Positions 9,700 to 19,621 are shown, numbered from the stretch's first letter. The stretch is 64,000 nt of DNA from a bacterium (GCA_030431715.1 JAUIIO010000007.1:33756-97755); one strand, 5' to 3'. Program-made: numbers and translations. Notes: a model not told the origin generated them from the sequence alone.

Positions 9700-11265
9700 T
9701 TACTTTGAATCTCTGGAAGAGAATTCTTGGATAAATGAAGTAACTGCTTTTGAGAACTCTTTATCGGTATAGTTTCGCTTTTTTTGTTCTCGTCGATGGT
9801 GCGATACCACGCTTTCTTTACGGAGTGAATGAATCATTCCGAGATTTGAAAGACATGCTCCAATAATTGAAAATCTTTCGTTTGGAGAGATGCGTTTATC
9901 GATCTCTTCGAGATTCTTGTATAAGAGTGCCTTATTATCAACATGAATAATATCACCGTTGTCATCGAGTGCATTTTTTAGCGTATATTTATGTTTCTCG
10001 GGAGATGGGCAGGCAAGATCGGCATAGAGGAGACCTGATTCCAGATCGCACTGTCCAAGATCGAGAACAAGAGAACCATCGGCTTCAAGATCGTATCGTA
10101 GAGTGAAAGTTTCTTGCTGATTGTCATATGGCGACACTATAAAAGAGATACGTGCCTGTTTGTTTGTCCCCCCTGTATCACGCGCGAATACGCTCACGCG
10201 AGGTGTTAGCTTACGTCGTTCACCATCCCAGTTTTCAGGAGCGGATCCTTCACATATGGCTTTTGCCATTTCTTTATGAATGTCTGTCATGGTGGATAGA
10301 AATGTGAAGATTTCAATTGCATGCAGATAAGTCGGGACCATCAGTGATGAAGCTTTCAGGTTCTCTCCTTTAAGCTCTGGCAAGAATTCATCCATGATAG
10401 GAAACGTATTTTTCTCTATGACACTTACTATTCTTTCTCTGGAGACTCTTCTATTTGGATATTCTGGCCAGTAGTAAAGACCGGGAATGGTATTTGGATA
10501 ACGACTGTAACAGCCTACCAGTGCGCTCATATATGCAGAAGCCTCAGTTACGAGGCGATCGCTCTCGTCGACAAATGACATGAGAAGCGTTCTTGCTGGT
10601 ACTCTACGCTTTTTAAAATGTGCGTTAAGCGCTGTTTTAAATTCTGTAATAGCATCAAATGCCTGACCAGCATGAAGCCTAAAAGACGCGTAGAGTCCTT
10701 GTAAGTTTACTCCTTGCTCTCTGTGTCCGGTAACGAGTTCACTCTCCGGGTCAGTGATGTTATACGCAGTATGTAAAACATTGTACGCGACAATAGGATC
10801 CGTTCGGACAAGATTTACGAGCAATCGTTCTTCCTCAGAGTCACGCATTTGGACCTGTTCCTTAAAGACTTCGTCCAGAGTCTTATCGCCCGTAGCAAGT
10901 GAGGTAATGAGGGTAAGCTTTACGTAATCAAATGCAAAATCTACTGCCTGCTCACACCAATAGTGATGTTGCTCAGGGGTGATGCCTGCTTCCTCAGCAT
11001 TGGTAAGATTCTTGTCGTAAAGTTCAGCTGAAAGCTCGCGGCGCTCCTGTCTTGTCAGCCCAAATTCATGATTACCATTAAACTCTGAAGTATAGGGTTT
11101 TCGAGTTTCTCCGATCTCAACAACACGCTCATGTAAAGCGAGGCTAAGCGATTTTAAGTACTCTTTTGCCAGTACAATCTTTTCTATATTACGTAAGGTT
11201 CTTTTATCTGTGGGATCCTCATTCTCATGAGAGGAGGTATGTTTGTTAGATAGATTTTGATGCAT
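9700..11265 (-). CDS. hypothetical protein (521 aa)
   Basis: Long intact ORF. Translationally coupled to the downstream 278-aa ORF, with a stop-to-start gap of 2 nt. Confidence 0.45.
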   Translation of the reverse strand: MHQNLSNKHTSSHENEDPTDKRTLRNIEKIVLAKEYLKSLSLALHERVVEIGETRKPYTSEFNGNHEFGLTRQERRELSAELYDKNLTNAEEAGITPEQHHYWCEQAVDFAFDYVKLTLITSLATGDKTLDEVFKEQVQMRDSEEERLLVNLVRTDPIVAYNVLHTAYNITDPESELVTGHREQGVNLQGLYASFRLHAGQAFDAITEFKTALNAHFKKRRVPARTLLMSFVDESDRLVTEASAYMSALVGCYSRYPNTIPGLYYWPEYPNRRVSRERIVSVIEKNTFPIMDEFLPELKGENLKASSLMVPTYLHAIEIFTFLSTMTDIHKEMAKAICEGSAPENWDGERRKLTPRVSVFARDTGGTNKQARISFIVSPYDNQQETFTLRYDLEADGSLVLDLGQCDLESGLLYADLACPSPEKHKYTLKNALDDNGDIIHVDNKALLYKNLEEIDKRISPNERFSIIGACLSNLGMIHSLRKESVVSHHRREQKKRNYTDKEFSKAVTSFIQEFSSRDSK

Positions 11266-11267
11266 AG

Positions 11268-12104
11268 CTAGAACTTGATTTCTCTTCTATACATCGCTTC
11301 CTGATATTTTTCTGAGAGCGTGTAAGTAACGTGAGGTGTTGCTGAAGGTGAGAGCATAAGGCTTGGCCCATCAGAATTGAGTGGAAATCTCGCCTGAAAT
11401 TGTCCCTGTGGCCCCTTGCCATGAAAAGTGAGGAGCTGAGAAGAAGAGCCTTTTTCTATATCGATTTCGTAACCGGTTTGTAAGCTGTATTGGTCAGAGG
11501 AGAATTTTCCGGAAATCTTTGCACGGTTGCTCTGAAGTGAAGTTGTAACATTAAGCTCGTTTGTAAGTGCATCAAAAGTTGAGAAAAACTTAGAGTCCTT
11601 GAGAGTATCGTCCGGCATAAAAGACTGGTGTGCTGCGAGCTCTCTCCATAAATTTTTAAGGTCTCCGCGGATAGTATAGCCCTGATCGTTATATTGAAAG
11701 GTAACTTCCTTGATTCGTACTTGTACTGCTGGATTTTCTAGTTGTACTCCGTTAAATATTGCCTCGCGGTTTAAAACGAGACTAGCGCCAATATCCTCGT
11801 TACCTGCGGCTAGACCAATTCGATCCTTGTGAAATCCAACCCCAACGTTCTCTCCCCACGCAACTGCTCCTACTTCATCCTGACTAAAGAATGAGGACAC
11901 AGCTTTGTCATTGTCACGTACTCCAGCGAAAAAATCCCCACGTGCGGTGGCGCCGAATCCTGCACCTATATTTTCGCGGTAAAGATCAACGCGGTTCGCA
12001 TTTCCGCTAGCTCCTTCATTTTTTGTGGCAAGTCGATCGCCCAGACCCGAAGGAGAGCCGAGCTCTTTGCTCACAAATTTGATGTCGGATTCAATTTCAT
12101 TCAT
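11268..12104 (-). CDS. hypothetical Gly-rich protein ending in a C-terminal Phe (278 aa)
   Basis: Gly/Ala-rich beta-like N-terminal half. The terminal ...YRREIKF is reminiscent of an outer-membrane beta-barrel signature, but no signal peptide is seen. Confidence 0.4.
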   Translation of the reverse strand: MNEIESDIKFVSKELGSPSGLGDRLATKNEGASGNANRVDLYRENIGAGFGATARGDFFAGVRDNDKAVSSFFSQDEVGAVAWGENVGVGFHKDRIGLAAGNEDIGASLVLNREAIFNGVQLENPAVQVRIKEVTFQYNDQGYTIRGDLKNLWRELAAHQSFMPDDTLKDSKFFSTFDALTNELNVTTSLQSNRAKISGKFSSDQYSLQTGYEIDIEKGSSSQLLTFHGKGPQGQFQARFPLNSDGPSLMLSPSATPHVTYTLSEKYQEAMYRREIKF

Positions 12105-12237
12105 ATCTCTGTTATGAGCCGTATCGGCTCATTGTGTTGTTCTGCTGCGAAGTATGGGGTTGTAATTTAGATAATCGTGATTATCTACATGATATAACTA
12201 ATAAAAATAAACCCCAGCACCCTTTGGTGCGCATTTA

Positions 12238-12243
12238 AGGAGG
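12238..12243 (+). promoter_or_regulatory. Shine-Dalgarno AGGAGG for pirin
   Basis: Sequence ttAAGGAGGggctagATG. Confidence 0.5.
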
Positions 12244-12249
12244 GGCTAG

Positions 12250-12954
12250 ATGATTGAAATAAGAAAGAGCGAAGATCGGGGCCATGTTGACCATGGCTGG
12301 CTAAAAGCTAGACATACATTTTCATTTGCGTCTTACCACGATCCAAAGCATGTGAGATATCGAGTTTTGCGAGTAATGAATGAAGATACGGTTGCCCCGG
12401 CAAGAGGCTTTGGTACTCATCCACACGATAATATGGAGATCGTTACCTGCGTGCTATCAGGTGAGCTTGAACACAAAGATAGTATGGGCAATGGTGAAGT
12501 ACTTAAAGCAGGTGAGTTCCAAGTGATGACTGCTGGTAGTGGTATCACTCATAGTGAGTTTAATCCTTCACCAGATAATGAAACGCATCTCTATCAGATT
12601 TGGCTTTTCCCAGATGAGAAAGACCTGACTCCTCACTATGAGCAGAAGGCGTTTCCAGATGAGGGTGAAAATAGAAAGCTTCAACTTGTGGCGGCTAAGG
12701 GGCATGAGCAAGAGGGAGCCTTGCCAATACATCAAGATGTCATGCTTTACTTGAGTAATCTTAAGGCAGGAGAGGAGATTTCGTTGCCTCTTGAATCCGC
12801 ACGATATGGTTGGCTCCAACTGCTAAGTGGATCAGTCACGATCGAAGAAAGCCATAGCCTAAAGGCTGGTGATGGTGCTTCTCTTAGTGAAGTAGCTCGT
12901 CCGGTTGTTAAAGCAGCGGAAGATAGCAGGTTTCTATTCTTCGATCTTCCCTAG
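12250..12954 (+). CDS. pirin-family protein (bicupin; YhhW/quercetinase-like)
   Basis: N-terminal cupin signature HPHDNMEIVTCVLSGELEHKDSMGNGEVLKAGEFQVMTAGSGITHSE. Typical ~230-aa length. Confidence 0.9.
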   Translation: MIEIRKSEDRGHVDHGWLKARHTFSFASYHDPKHVRYRVLRVMNEDTVAPARGFGTHPHDNMEIVTCVLSGELEHKDSMGNGEVLKAGEFQVMTAGSGITHSEFNPSPDNETHLYQIWLFPDEKDLTPHYEQKAFPDEGENRKLQLVAAKGHEQEGALPIHQDVMLYLSNLKAGEEISLPLESARYGWLQLLSGSVTIEESHSLKAGDGASLSEVARPVVKAAEDSRFLFFDLP

Positions 12955-12964
12955 TGCCATTCTA

Positions 12965-13381
12965 CTAGCGGGTTCGACAACCGAGCCCGCGTGGCATACG
13001 CATGTCTTTGCAGCCGTGCTTCCGATCTTTTTTTGAGCAACTTCCCGGCTTCCAACCTGAGGGACATCTTTCAGGGGCAGGCCTGCTTGTATGTTGCTCT
13101 TTGTGGCTGTGGTGCTGTGCTCTTTCACGCTCACGTTCTAGACGATCTCTTTCTATCGCGAGATCGCGTCTTTCTTGTTCAAGGCGTTCTCGCTCTCTCT
13201 CGCGGTAGTACCGATCTCTATCGTAGTCACGATTTGAATATGTCGGGCGGTACCTTCCGTCGTCATAGTATCTACCGTTAGAGTCGTACCTACCATAATC
13301 GTTGTTCGTGCAAGCTGAGAAAATAAAAGCAAGAGTTAGAAAAAATGTCAGAGAGAGGATTCGGCTCATGTCGCGCTCCAT
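12965..13381 (-). CDS. signal-peptide low-complexity R/D/E/Y-rich protein (138 aa)
   Basis: Signal peptide MSRILSLTFFLTLAFIFSAC (lipobox-like Cys). Followed by YDSNGRYYDDGRYRPTYSNRDYDRDRYYRERERERLEQERRDLAIERDRLERERERA. Confidence 0.5.
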   Translation of the reverse strand: MERDMSRILSLTFFLTLAFIFSACTNNDYGRYDSNGRYYDDGRYRPTYSNRDYDRDRYYRERERERLEQERRDLAIERDRLERERERAQHHSHKEQHTSRPAPERCPSGWKPGSCSKKDRKHGCKDMRMPRGLGCRTR

Positions 13382-13470
13382 TGTTATAACTGCAAAGTAG
13401 TGTAATCGACCGCGTCAGAAAGAAAAAGGAAAAATTCAGATTCTTTCTGGTAAGGTGAGAATGATGAAAC

Positions 13471-14349
13471 TTAGCTCTTAATGAATCCCTGCGTCGAAAT
13501 AGGAATTTTGGGAATCAGGCCACCGAACGCCGGAATAGTTATTCCCAATTGGTCTAATCCTTGACGCAGCTTCTCATAGGTTGAGGGCGCGTTTTTCTGC
13601 ATCGTAGTTAGAAAATAAGGGTTATTTTCTAAGTCCTCTCGAGTAACTTGTAAAAAGTCCCGTATGAGGTAAGGCGAGGAGCTGTTTGGAAAGTTGTTGT
13701 TCGCTTCTCTGGGAGGGCCAAAAACATTGAAGTTCATATCTAAGACGGACCGAATTCCATTTGGAAGATCCGGCTTCCATGTGTCAAGATAGGGGAGATT
13801 AAAGCGTCTAGCGAGCTTATATCTCGCATATCCCTCATCTGCGGTATAGGCAGATAAGTGACACTCTTCGATAAGGAATTTTGAAACCTTATCGTAAAGG
13901 GTGGTACCAAATCCTGAGATTTGAAAAAAGTCCTCAGGGCAGAGCTCGTGTAAGTCTCTTACGGTTTTAACACCAATCTCTTCAAGCCCATCAACTACCT
14001 CTATCCCGATATATGACTCTGCAACGAGAGCAAGTGGCTCTTTCTTTATCTCTTCAGTGAATACAAGAGGTATGGAAGCATTTGATGTGTCTTTTGATTC
14101 TTCAACTCTTAGCGCAACTCTTGCAATTGCCCTATCGCAGGGTGTGTTCGGTGTATCCACGTTCTCAGTGATGTGCGCATTACGATTGGCCCTGTAGAGC
14201 TGCAGACCTAAGAGCTCATATTCCTTATCATGTACCATTGAATCAAATACTTGCTTGTCCGTGATAGGAAGTACGCTTTCTGCGCTACGATTTTCCCCTT
14301 CGTCATTTGACCTACTTGTCGTTGAAACGCTACTCGCCATGTTATTCAT
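13471..14349 (-). CDS. hypothetical protein (292 aa), possible helix-hairpin-helix segments
   Basis: Intact ORF. IGVKTVRDLHELCPEDFFQISGFG is HhH-like. Function unknown. Confidence 0.4.
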   Translation of the reverse strand: MNNMASSVSTTSRSNDEGENRSAESVLPITDKQVFDSMVHDKEYELLGLQLYRANRNAHITENVDTPNTPCDRAIARVALRVEESKDTSNASIPLVFTEEIKKEPLALVAESYIGIEVVDGLEEIGVKTVRDLHELCPEDFFQISGFGTTLYDKVSKFLIEECHLSAYTADEGYARYKLARRFNLPYLDTWKPDLPNGIRSVLDMNFNVFGPPREANNNFPNSSSPYLIRDFLQVTREDLENNPYFLTTMQKNAPSTYEKLRQGLDQLGITIPAFGGLIPKIPISTQGFIKS

Positions 14350-14478
14350 ATGAGACTACTTTAATGATACAGAAGATAAACAGTATGGAGATTTAGCTGT
14401 TTAAGCAAGAATAACGAAGCGAAAACTTTGGGGTATGTCTGTAATTTATTCTAACGTTCAGAATTTACAGAGTTCCCC

Positions 14479-15441
14479 TCATCTTGGAAGAGGAGTCATC
14501 GGTAGGCCTTGAAGCAGAGCAGACTCCTTAAGCCGTGACACGATCGTTTCAAGAAGTGCTGGTCCATCAACATCAAGAGGACTGTCGTGCGAAAGCTTGT
14601 CGTGCATCTGAAGTGATGAACCGTAGTACCCGTGCCGCTCCATATGCAATTTCATCTGTTCAAGGTCGCGAGATGAAATAATCCGATCATTTGTTGATCC
14701 AAAGATGAACATAGGAATATCTACTTTTTGGGGGGACACTTTAGCCGGGAATATCGCCTCTCTAACCGCGAGGCTAGATTCAGATGAGATGTATTGATCG
14801 CAAAATTCCTGAGCCGTCATAGAAGCTAATCGTGAGTCGTTCTCAGAATCACTTGAAAAGAACAGGGAAAGAGTCCTTTCCGGAGCTGATTGAAAGAATT
14901 GTTTGATATTCTTTCTAAGAAGTAGAGCATACGGAAAGGTCAGAGGAGTTGCGCGGTGATTGGTACGCATGTCCTGAAATGTTGCTTGTGTAGCTGAATA
15001 AAGGACACCGTTATGAGGAACAGGATTTACCAAGACGACACTCGAGACCGTATCGGGCAGTTGGCCACTATGTAAGAGGTCGTAGAGTATTCTTCCTCCC
15101 ATAGAATGACCTATACAAACTATATTGCGAGCTTGCTCGGTAACCTTTTCCAGCGTAGCGAGCACATCCTCTTTATAGTCCTGTATGGATAATTGATTAA
15201 GCTCTCTAAGAGATGTTATGGGCGTTGAATTTCCATGGCCTCTGTAGCTTAGTGCCGCAGAGCGAATGCCATCATTTAGGGCAAGCTGGGTACTCCACTC
15301 ATCGAAAAAATTGGCTTGATGAGCTACTCCGTGGCAAAAGAGAATAAAAGTATCAGAGAGGATCTTATCTGGAAGGCAGGCCTCTCGAAACTCTAGTCCG
15401 TTATCATGTGTAATATGTGTTTGATCTGAAACAGTAGCCAT
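14479..15441 (-). CDS. alpha/beta-fold hydrolase
   Basis: GHSMGG nucleophile elbow (IGHSMGGRILYDLL), preceded by an FCHGV... oxyanion region. Confidence 0.7.
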   Translation of the reverse strand: MATVSDQTHITHDNGLEFREACLPDKILSDTFILFCHGVAHQANFFDEWSTQLALNDGIRSAALSYRGHGNSTPITSLRELNQLSIQDYKEDVLATLEKVTEQARNIVCIGHSMGGRILYDLLHSGQLPDTVSSVVLVNPVPHNGVLYSATQATFQDMRTNHRATPLTFPYALLLRKNIKQFFQSAPERTLSLFFSSDSENDSRLASMTAQEFCDQYISSESSLAVREAIFPAKVSPQKVDIPMFIFGSTNDRIISSRDLEQMKLHMERHGYYGSSLQMHDKLSHDSPLDVDGPALLETIVSRLKESALLQGLPMTPLPR

Positions 15442-15496
15442 CGAAAAACGGAGCGCTCTAAAGTTTTACTGAGATTAGTACTGTTAGATTTTAGAA

Positions 15497-16657
15497 TCAA
15501 TCAATAATTCCATCTGTGTACTTGCGAATGAATGCAAGATTGTCTGGAGAGGTTATGTTTGCCCATCTTGAGATGTCAGAGCGTTCATAGCCGGGTAGTG
15601 CACAATTATAAGCGTCACCATTTGATACTATCCCCGCCAGTACCCACTGCGAATCGCGCCATACTGCGAGTGGTCCGCCGGAGTCTCCGTAGCAGGTATT
15701 TCCTTTTGTAATATCTTGTGAGTTATATACAACATCAATCCCGTCGTCCTCTACTCTCGTTAGGGTGTTTTGTGTCCCTCGTAGCTGGCGATACTGATAT
15801 GTTTCACTCGCTCCGAATCCAGCAAATACAGCAGATTCACCTCTTTGAAGATCGTTTTGAGTAAGTATCTGAATGATATTTGTTTGAATGCTATCCTCTA
15901 AGTAGAGGATAGCTATATCGTTTTCTTCGCCATTTCTATATTTGGGGTGCATGACACAACCTGAGACCGCTCTCCTGATTCCAGTACCATTGGTTACAGA
16001 AAGCTGTTCACATGAGATACCTTCCACACAGTGGGCTGCTGTGAGAATGACCTTTTCAGCAATTACGTTCCCTGTACAGTATTGATTGCCACGAAAGTCT
16101 ATTGGAACAATCGGAGTATCATTGAAATTACATACTGCACCATTAACGATACGGAGATGACCATTTTTAGTATACCTAGGGTCTTCTTGAGCGCTGTAGG
16201 CGGTTGTACCAAATGCTTCACAGACATCTGAGAAGAGCGGGTTGTTGTAACCATAGTCTTCATATCGACACGAGGACTCTTGATACGATTGGCAACGGCG
16301 AATTCCTTTCTGTACTTTTCGTAAAATACTGGCATCCGATATTGTGCGTAGCACTATGCTTCGATGACCTTTGCGTCTGGCTCTTGAGCGTTCGCGCTGA
16401 ACCTTTCGGAACTCATTCTTTGTAGATCTCTTGGCTCTTCGAAATGTAGTGCTTTCCTGCAAACTATCAACAAGCTCTCCTCTGCATCCGTTAGAACTTT
16501 TATATTGACGACAAGAGTACATGAGCCCTTCGGGACCGTAGGGTATATATGGTACTTGTGATAAGACGGGCTGCGAGAAAATAAATTGCGCTAGTATTGT
16601 AGCGCTCAAAAGAAGAATACCGGCGTTCTTAAACATAGAGAGTGGCCTCAGTAGCAA
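15497..16657 (-). CDS. trypsin-like serine protease with signal peptide (peptidase S1 family)
   Basis: Signal peptide. Catalytic His motif LTAAHCV and catalytic Ser motif GDSGGPL. Long pro-region with a polybasic RRKGHR segment. Confidence 0.85.
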   Translation of the reverse strand: MLLRPLSMFKNAGILLLSATILAQFIFSQPVLSQVPYIPYGPEGLMYSCRQYKSSNGCRGELVDSLQESTTFRRAKRSTKNEFRKVQRERSRARRKGHRSIVLRTISDASILRKVQKGIRRCQSYQESSCRYEDYGYNNPLFSDVCEAFGTTAYSAQEDPRYTKNGHLRIVNGAVCNFNDTPIVPIDFRGNQYCTGNVIAEKVILTAAHCVEGISCEQLSVTNGTGIRRAVSGCVMHPKYRNGEENDIAILYLEDSIQTNIIQILTQNDLQRGESAVFAGFGASETYQYRQLRGTQNTLTRVEDDGIDVVYNSQDITKGNTCYGDSGGPLAVWRDSQWVLAGIVSNGDAYNCALPGYERSDISRWANITSPDNLAFIRKYTDGIID

Positions 16658-16958
16658 ATAAGTAAATTAAGAAAACCGGAGGAAAAGGGATGTAAAAACG
16701 GTAGGAGAATCTCCAACCCATTATTCTACCGTGAGCATAGAGCTAAGCAATTAAAAGATAGATCAGGGCTTTCTGCCGCCACAGAGATATCGATTAAGCC
16801 TTTGTAATCAAATGTTAAAATGGTTACTCGAACTGTGGTTCCCTAGACGGATTCGCCTTTTATAAGATCTGGCTCCTAAATTGCATAATCCTAATATTGA
16901 GAAGCAAAGAAAGTTTGTAGCTAAGAATTTTTCGTAGTCGCCCAAAGGAGCCTTAACT

Positions 16959-17147
16959 ATGCATATTGCCCTTATTGAATCAGCCGAGAAGACACACGCA
17001 ATAAACATGGTCCAGAAGTTCGCCAGTTCTTTTCTTACTGGCTTTCTCTCTGCGCTTACCCTTGGGAGCCTTGTCTCTGTTCCAGACTATGGATTTTTGG
17101 GTGGATTGGTTCAGGAATTCGCCGCATACATATACGCGACACTTTAA
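16959..17147 (+). CDS. small hydrophobic protein (62 aa)
   Basis: AAAGGAG SD 7 nt upstream of the ATG. Followed by a stem-loop terminator. One hydrophobic segment. Confidence 0.3.
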   Translation: MHIALIESAEKTHAINMVQKFASSFLTGFLSALTLGSLVSVPDYGFLGGLVQEFAAYIYATL

Positions 17148-17167
17148 GTACTGACGTGGAGTGGTTG

Positions 17168-17204
17168 GGCAGAGACGTCCTTGTCTCTGCCGCATATTGT
17201 TTTG
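17168..17204. terminator. stem-loop terminator between convergent genes
   Basis: Stem GGCAGAGAC / GTCTCTGCC with a 6-nt loop (gtcctt), followed by a T-rich run gcatattgttttg. Confidence 0.45.
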
Positions 17205-17212
17205 AAATAACC

Positions 17213-17713
17213 TTATTGTAGCGGTATTTTGTCAAAGCGGAACTCTGCCGTGCGAAAGTCGCCGCCTCGTGGCCGCCCCTTGTAGTGGAGTCGGGCTGAG
17301 ACGTGTTGGAGCTCGTTGACGCCGGGCTTTGTGCCGTACACGTCTAATCTTACGAGCCACTTTCGTTCATCGTAGCGAGACTTTCGCCACTCGGTTTTGA
17401 ACCTGCCCTTTATTGGCCACAATTCACTTAGACCGTAAACGAGCTCAAGGCTTGGATTCAAGGCGCTCACCGGAAAGCCTCGTTCCGGAACAACTTCAAA
17501 GTAGAGTGTGACCATAGTGGGTACAACCGGATCTCGTTTTGCTCTAACAAATCTTAGAGAAAGTTGCTCACGGCGCTTTACAGCACGGCTTGAGACAGCT
17601 TGCGGATCGGTTAATGTAGGGCTACTTGATCTCTTTGCTGCATCCGATCTCTCAGCGCAAACAAAGAGAGAGAGAAACACCGCGAGAGTCGCTGTGACTT
17701 CCTTACCAAACAT
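17213..17713 (-). CDS. signal-peptide basic hypothetical protein (166 aa)
   Basis: Signal peptide MFGKEVTATLAVFLSLFVCAERSDA. SD AGGAGG upstream. Confidence 0.4.
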   Translation of the reverse strand: MFGKEVTATLAVFLSLFVCAERSDAAKRSSSPTLTDPQAVSSRAVKRREQLSLRFVRAKRDPVVPTMVTLYFEVVPERGFPVSALNPSLELVYGLSELWPIKGRFKTEWRKSRYDERKWLVRLDVYGTKPGVNELQHVSARLHYKGRPRGGDFRTAEFRFDKIPLQ

Positions 17714-17792
17714 GTCAAACCTCCTGAAAGGACCTGTAGAAAAAACGGGTCCTCACTATACCTATCGCTTAAGAATATTCAAATAGCTTGCT

Positions 17793-18167
17793 TTATTTTT
17801 TTAGCGGAGGTCTGCCGAAACGAGTTCGATACGTATTTACTTTATCTAAGATGGAATCAGTAAGTATATAAGATAGTGCTTTCTTCTTGCCAGGAAGGGA
17901 TGTTAGCAATATGCCTAGAGCAATCGTAAGTAGCCCCTGACCGGGGATAAAGAGCATAATAATTCCTGCAAGTAGGATAACTCCTCCAAGTAAGTTTGTG
18001 AAAAGTGTTAAAAAAACCTTCCATGCAAGTGAGCGTTGTCGTTGGTCTGATTTTTCATCTGTTTCGCACAGGTAATCCTCGGGGAGTAGCAGAAGGGCAA
18101 GCGGTGGAAGGAGTAGCGTAATAATGAATAAACCGGCAGTGAGCGCGGCGAGCTGTGTCTCGTTCAT
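17793..18167 (-). CDS. small membrane protein, PGPGW-like (YbhN-position partner of cls)
   Basis: Two to three transmembrane helices with an IPGQGLLTIALGILLTSLPGKKK motif. Stop/start overlaps the cls gene. Confidence 0.4.
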   Translation of the reverse strand: MNETQLAALTAGLFIITLLLPPLALLLLPEDYLCETDEKSDQRQRSLAWKVFLTLFTNLLGGVILLAGIIMLFIPGQGLLTIALGILLTSLPGKKKALSYILTDSILDKVNTYRTRFGRPPLKK

Positions 18168-19621
18168 TAGAGTACTGGAGAAAAAAGCCTAGCTACCTGT
18201 TGTGGAATCATTTTTAGATAAGGAGTCTGAAGAAGATGCTCTGATATCTCGTGCGACTTCTTTTTTTCACCTTTAAATATCTCTTGAAGCTCTAGAACTT
18301 TTCTCTCGTTGGCTATAAAGACACTCTCTTCAAAATTTAGGTGAAGGGAACGATTATCGAGGTTGGCACTTCCCACAGAAGCAAAATCATCATCAACGAT
18401 AATAAGCTTTTGGTGAATAAAACCTAGCGAATATTCAAAGATGCGAGCGCCAGACTGAGCGAGCTCTCGTGCTGAAGCCCTCGTTGCGAGGTGTGCTATT
18501 CGAAGGTCTGTTGTCTCTGGAATGATAAGTTGTACATCTATACCTCGAAGTGCTGCCAGCTGAAGAGTGGACATAATAACATCATCGGGAGTGAAGTAGG
18601 GGGTTGTGAGCCAGAGTCTTTTTTTCGCAATACGTATTAAGTTCATGAGATAGAGTGAGCAGTTATCGATCTCATCAATAGGGCCTGTTGCCAGAGGAAG
18701 AAGTGATATGTCTTCATCGTGAATTTGTGATTCCCACTTAAAATCAGGCAGGGAGTCTGCCCCCCAGTACCAATCCTGTGCCAATGTACGCTGAATCGGG
18801 ATAACAGCTGGTCCCTGTATGATAATGCTTAAATCTTGCAGGAAGCCACACTGAGAATCGCCCGTTCGATAGTTATCTCCGAGATTGTGGCCTCCAATAG
18901 AAGCCCATGCTCCATCAACGACCATGAGCTTTCGGTGATTTCTAAAATTAAGACGAAATCTATTGGTAAGTCCTCTATTCGTACAAAACTCATTTATTTC
19001 TACACCTGCCTCCCTGAGTTCTTCAAGATAGCTATGAGAAAGATTCATGCTTCCTACCTGATCGTACATCAGATAGACGCGTACTCCTTCTGCTGCTTTT
19101 TCTATAAGACGTTTTTTAAGCTCTTTGCCAGTTTCGTCCTCATATATGATATAAAAGTGTATAAGAATGTAGTCTTTTGCTTCACTGATCTTTTGAAAAA
19201 ATTTCTCAAAAAACTCTTCTCCGTCGGGATGTATCGTGAGGGTGTTCCCGTGCGTCAGTGGCCAATCAGCAATTTTTTCTAAGAATTGAAGGTCAAAGAC
19301 ATATTCCTCCGGTATTTCATTTTGTGAGCTTCTTATAGCATCAAGCGTACTCCGAGTGAGATCGGTAAATGCGTTTCTGGAATTACTTATCTTTCCTTTG
19401 TAACTCTTAAATTTTCTTGGACCAAAAGCCCAGTACGCGGGAAGAGCAAAGTAGGGGAAAAGGGTAAGAGTGATTGCCCAGGCTACTGCTCCTTGAGCAG
19501 ACCGCTGATGCATGGTCGCATCAATTGCGTGTAGTACTCCTACTATATGTATTATTGGTATAAAGAGTGTAGTCCAGAGCCAGCCAGGCCAGCTAATGGT
19601 GGTAGCAATCCCTTCAATCAT
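18167..19621 (-). CDS. cls: cardiolipin synthase (phospholipase D family, two HKD motifs)
   Basis: N-terminal transmembrane helices. HKD motifs HRKLMVVDG and HQKLIIVDD...GSANLDNRS. Confidence 0.9.
   Translation of the reverse strand: MIEGIATTISWPGWLWTTLFIPIIHIVGVLHAIDATMHQRSAQGAVAWAITLTLFPYFALPAYWAFGPRKFKSYKGKISNSRNAFTDLTRSTLDAIRSSQNEIPEEYVFDLQFLEKIADWPLTHGNTLTIHPDGEEFFEKFFQKISEAKDYILIHFYIIYEDETGKELKKRLIEKAAEGVRVYLMYDQVGSMNLSHSYLEELREAGVEINEFCTNRGLTNRFRLNFRNHRKLMVVDGAWASIGGHNLGDNYRTGDSQCGFLQDLSIIIQGPAVIPIQRTLAQDWYWGADSLPDFKWESQIHDEDISLLPLATGPIDEIDNCSLYLMNLIRIAKKRLWLTTPYFTPDDVIMSTLQLAALRGIDVQLIIPETTDLRIAHLATRASARELAQSGARIFEYSLGFIHQKLIIVDDDFASVGSANLDNRSLHLNFEESVFIANERKVLELQEIFKGEKKKSHEISEHLLQTPYLKMIPQQVARLFSPVL

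Noticed and set aside
12105-12249. Perfect palindrome ATGAGCCGTATCGGCTCAT in the divergent region between the 278-aa gene and pirin
   Set aside because: It could be an operator for a dimeric regulator. As a single 19-bp palindrome with no adjacent regulator gene and no repeat elsewhere in the window, it is too weak to call a site.
12568-12819. Antisense 83-aa ORF inside the pirin gene
   Set aside because: Entirely nested within a confidently identified conserved gene on the opposite strand. Typical shadow ORF.
13002-13208. Plus-strand RS-rich 68-aa ORF (SRSRSRRSLSIARSRLSCSRRSRSLSR)
   Set aside because: Mirror-image artefact of the minus-strand RD/RE repeat gene. The minus-strand frame has the signal peptide and fits the convergent layout with pirin.
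18836-19282. 148-aa antisense ORF within cardiolipin synthase
   Set aside because: Nested antisense to the conserved HKD-motif gene. AT-rich codon composition, no start context.
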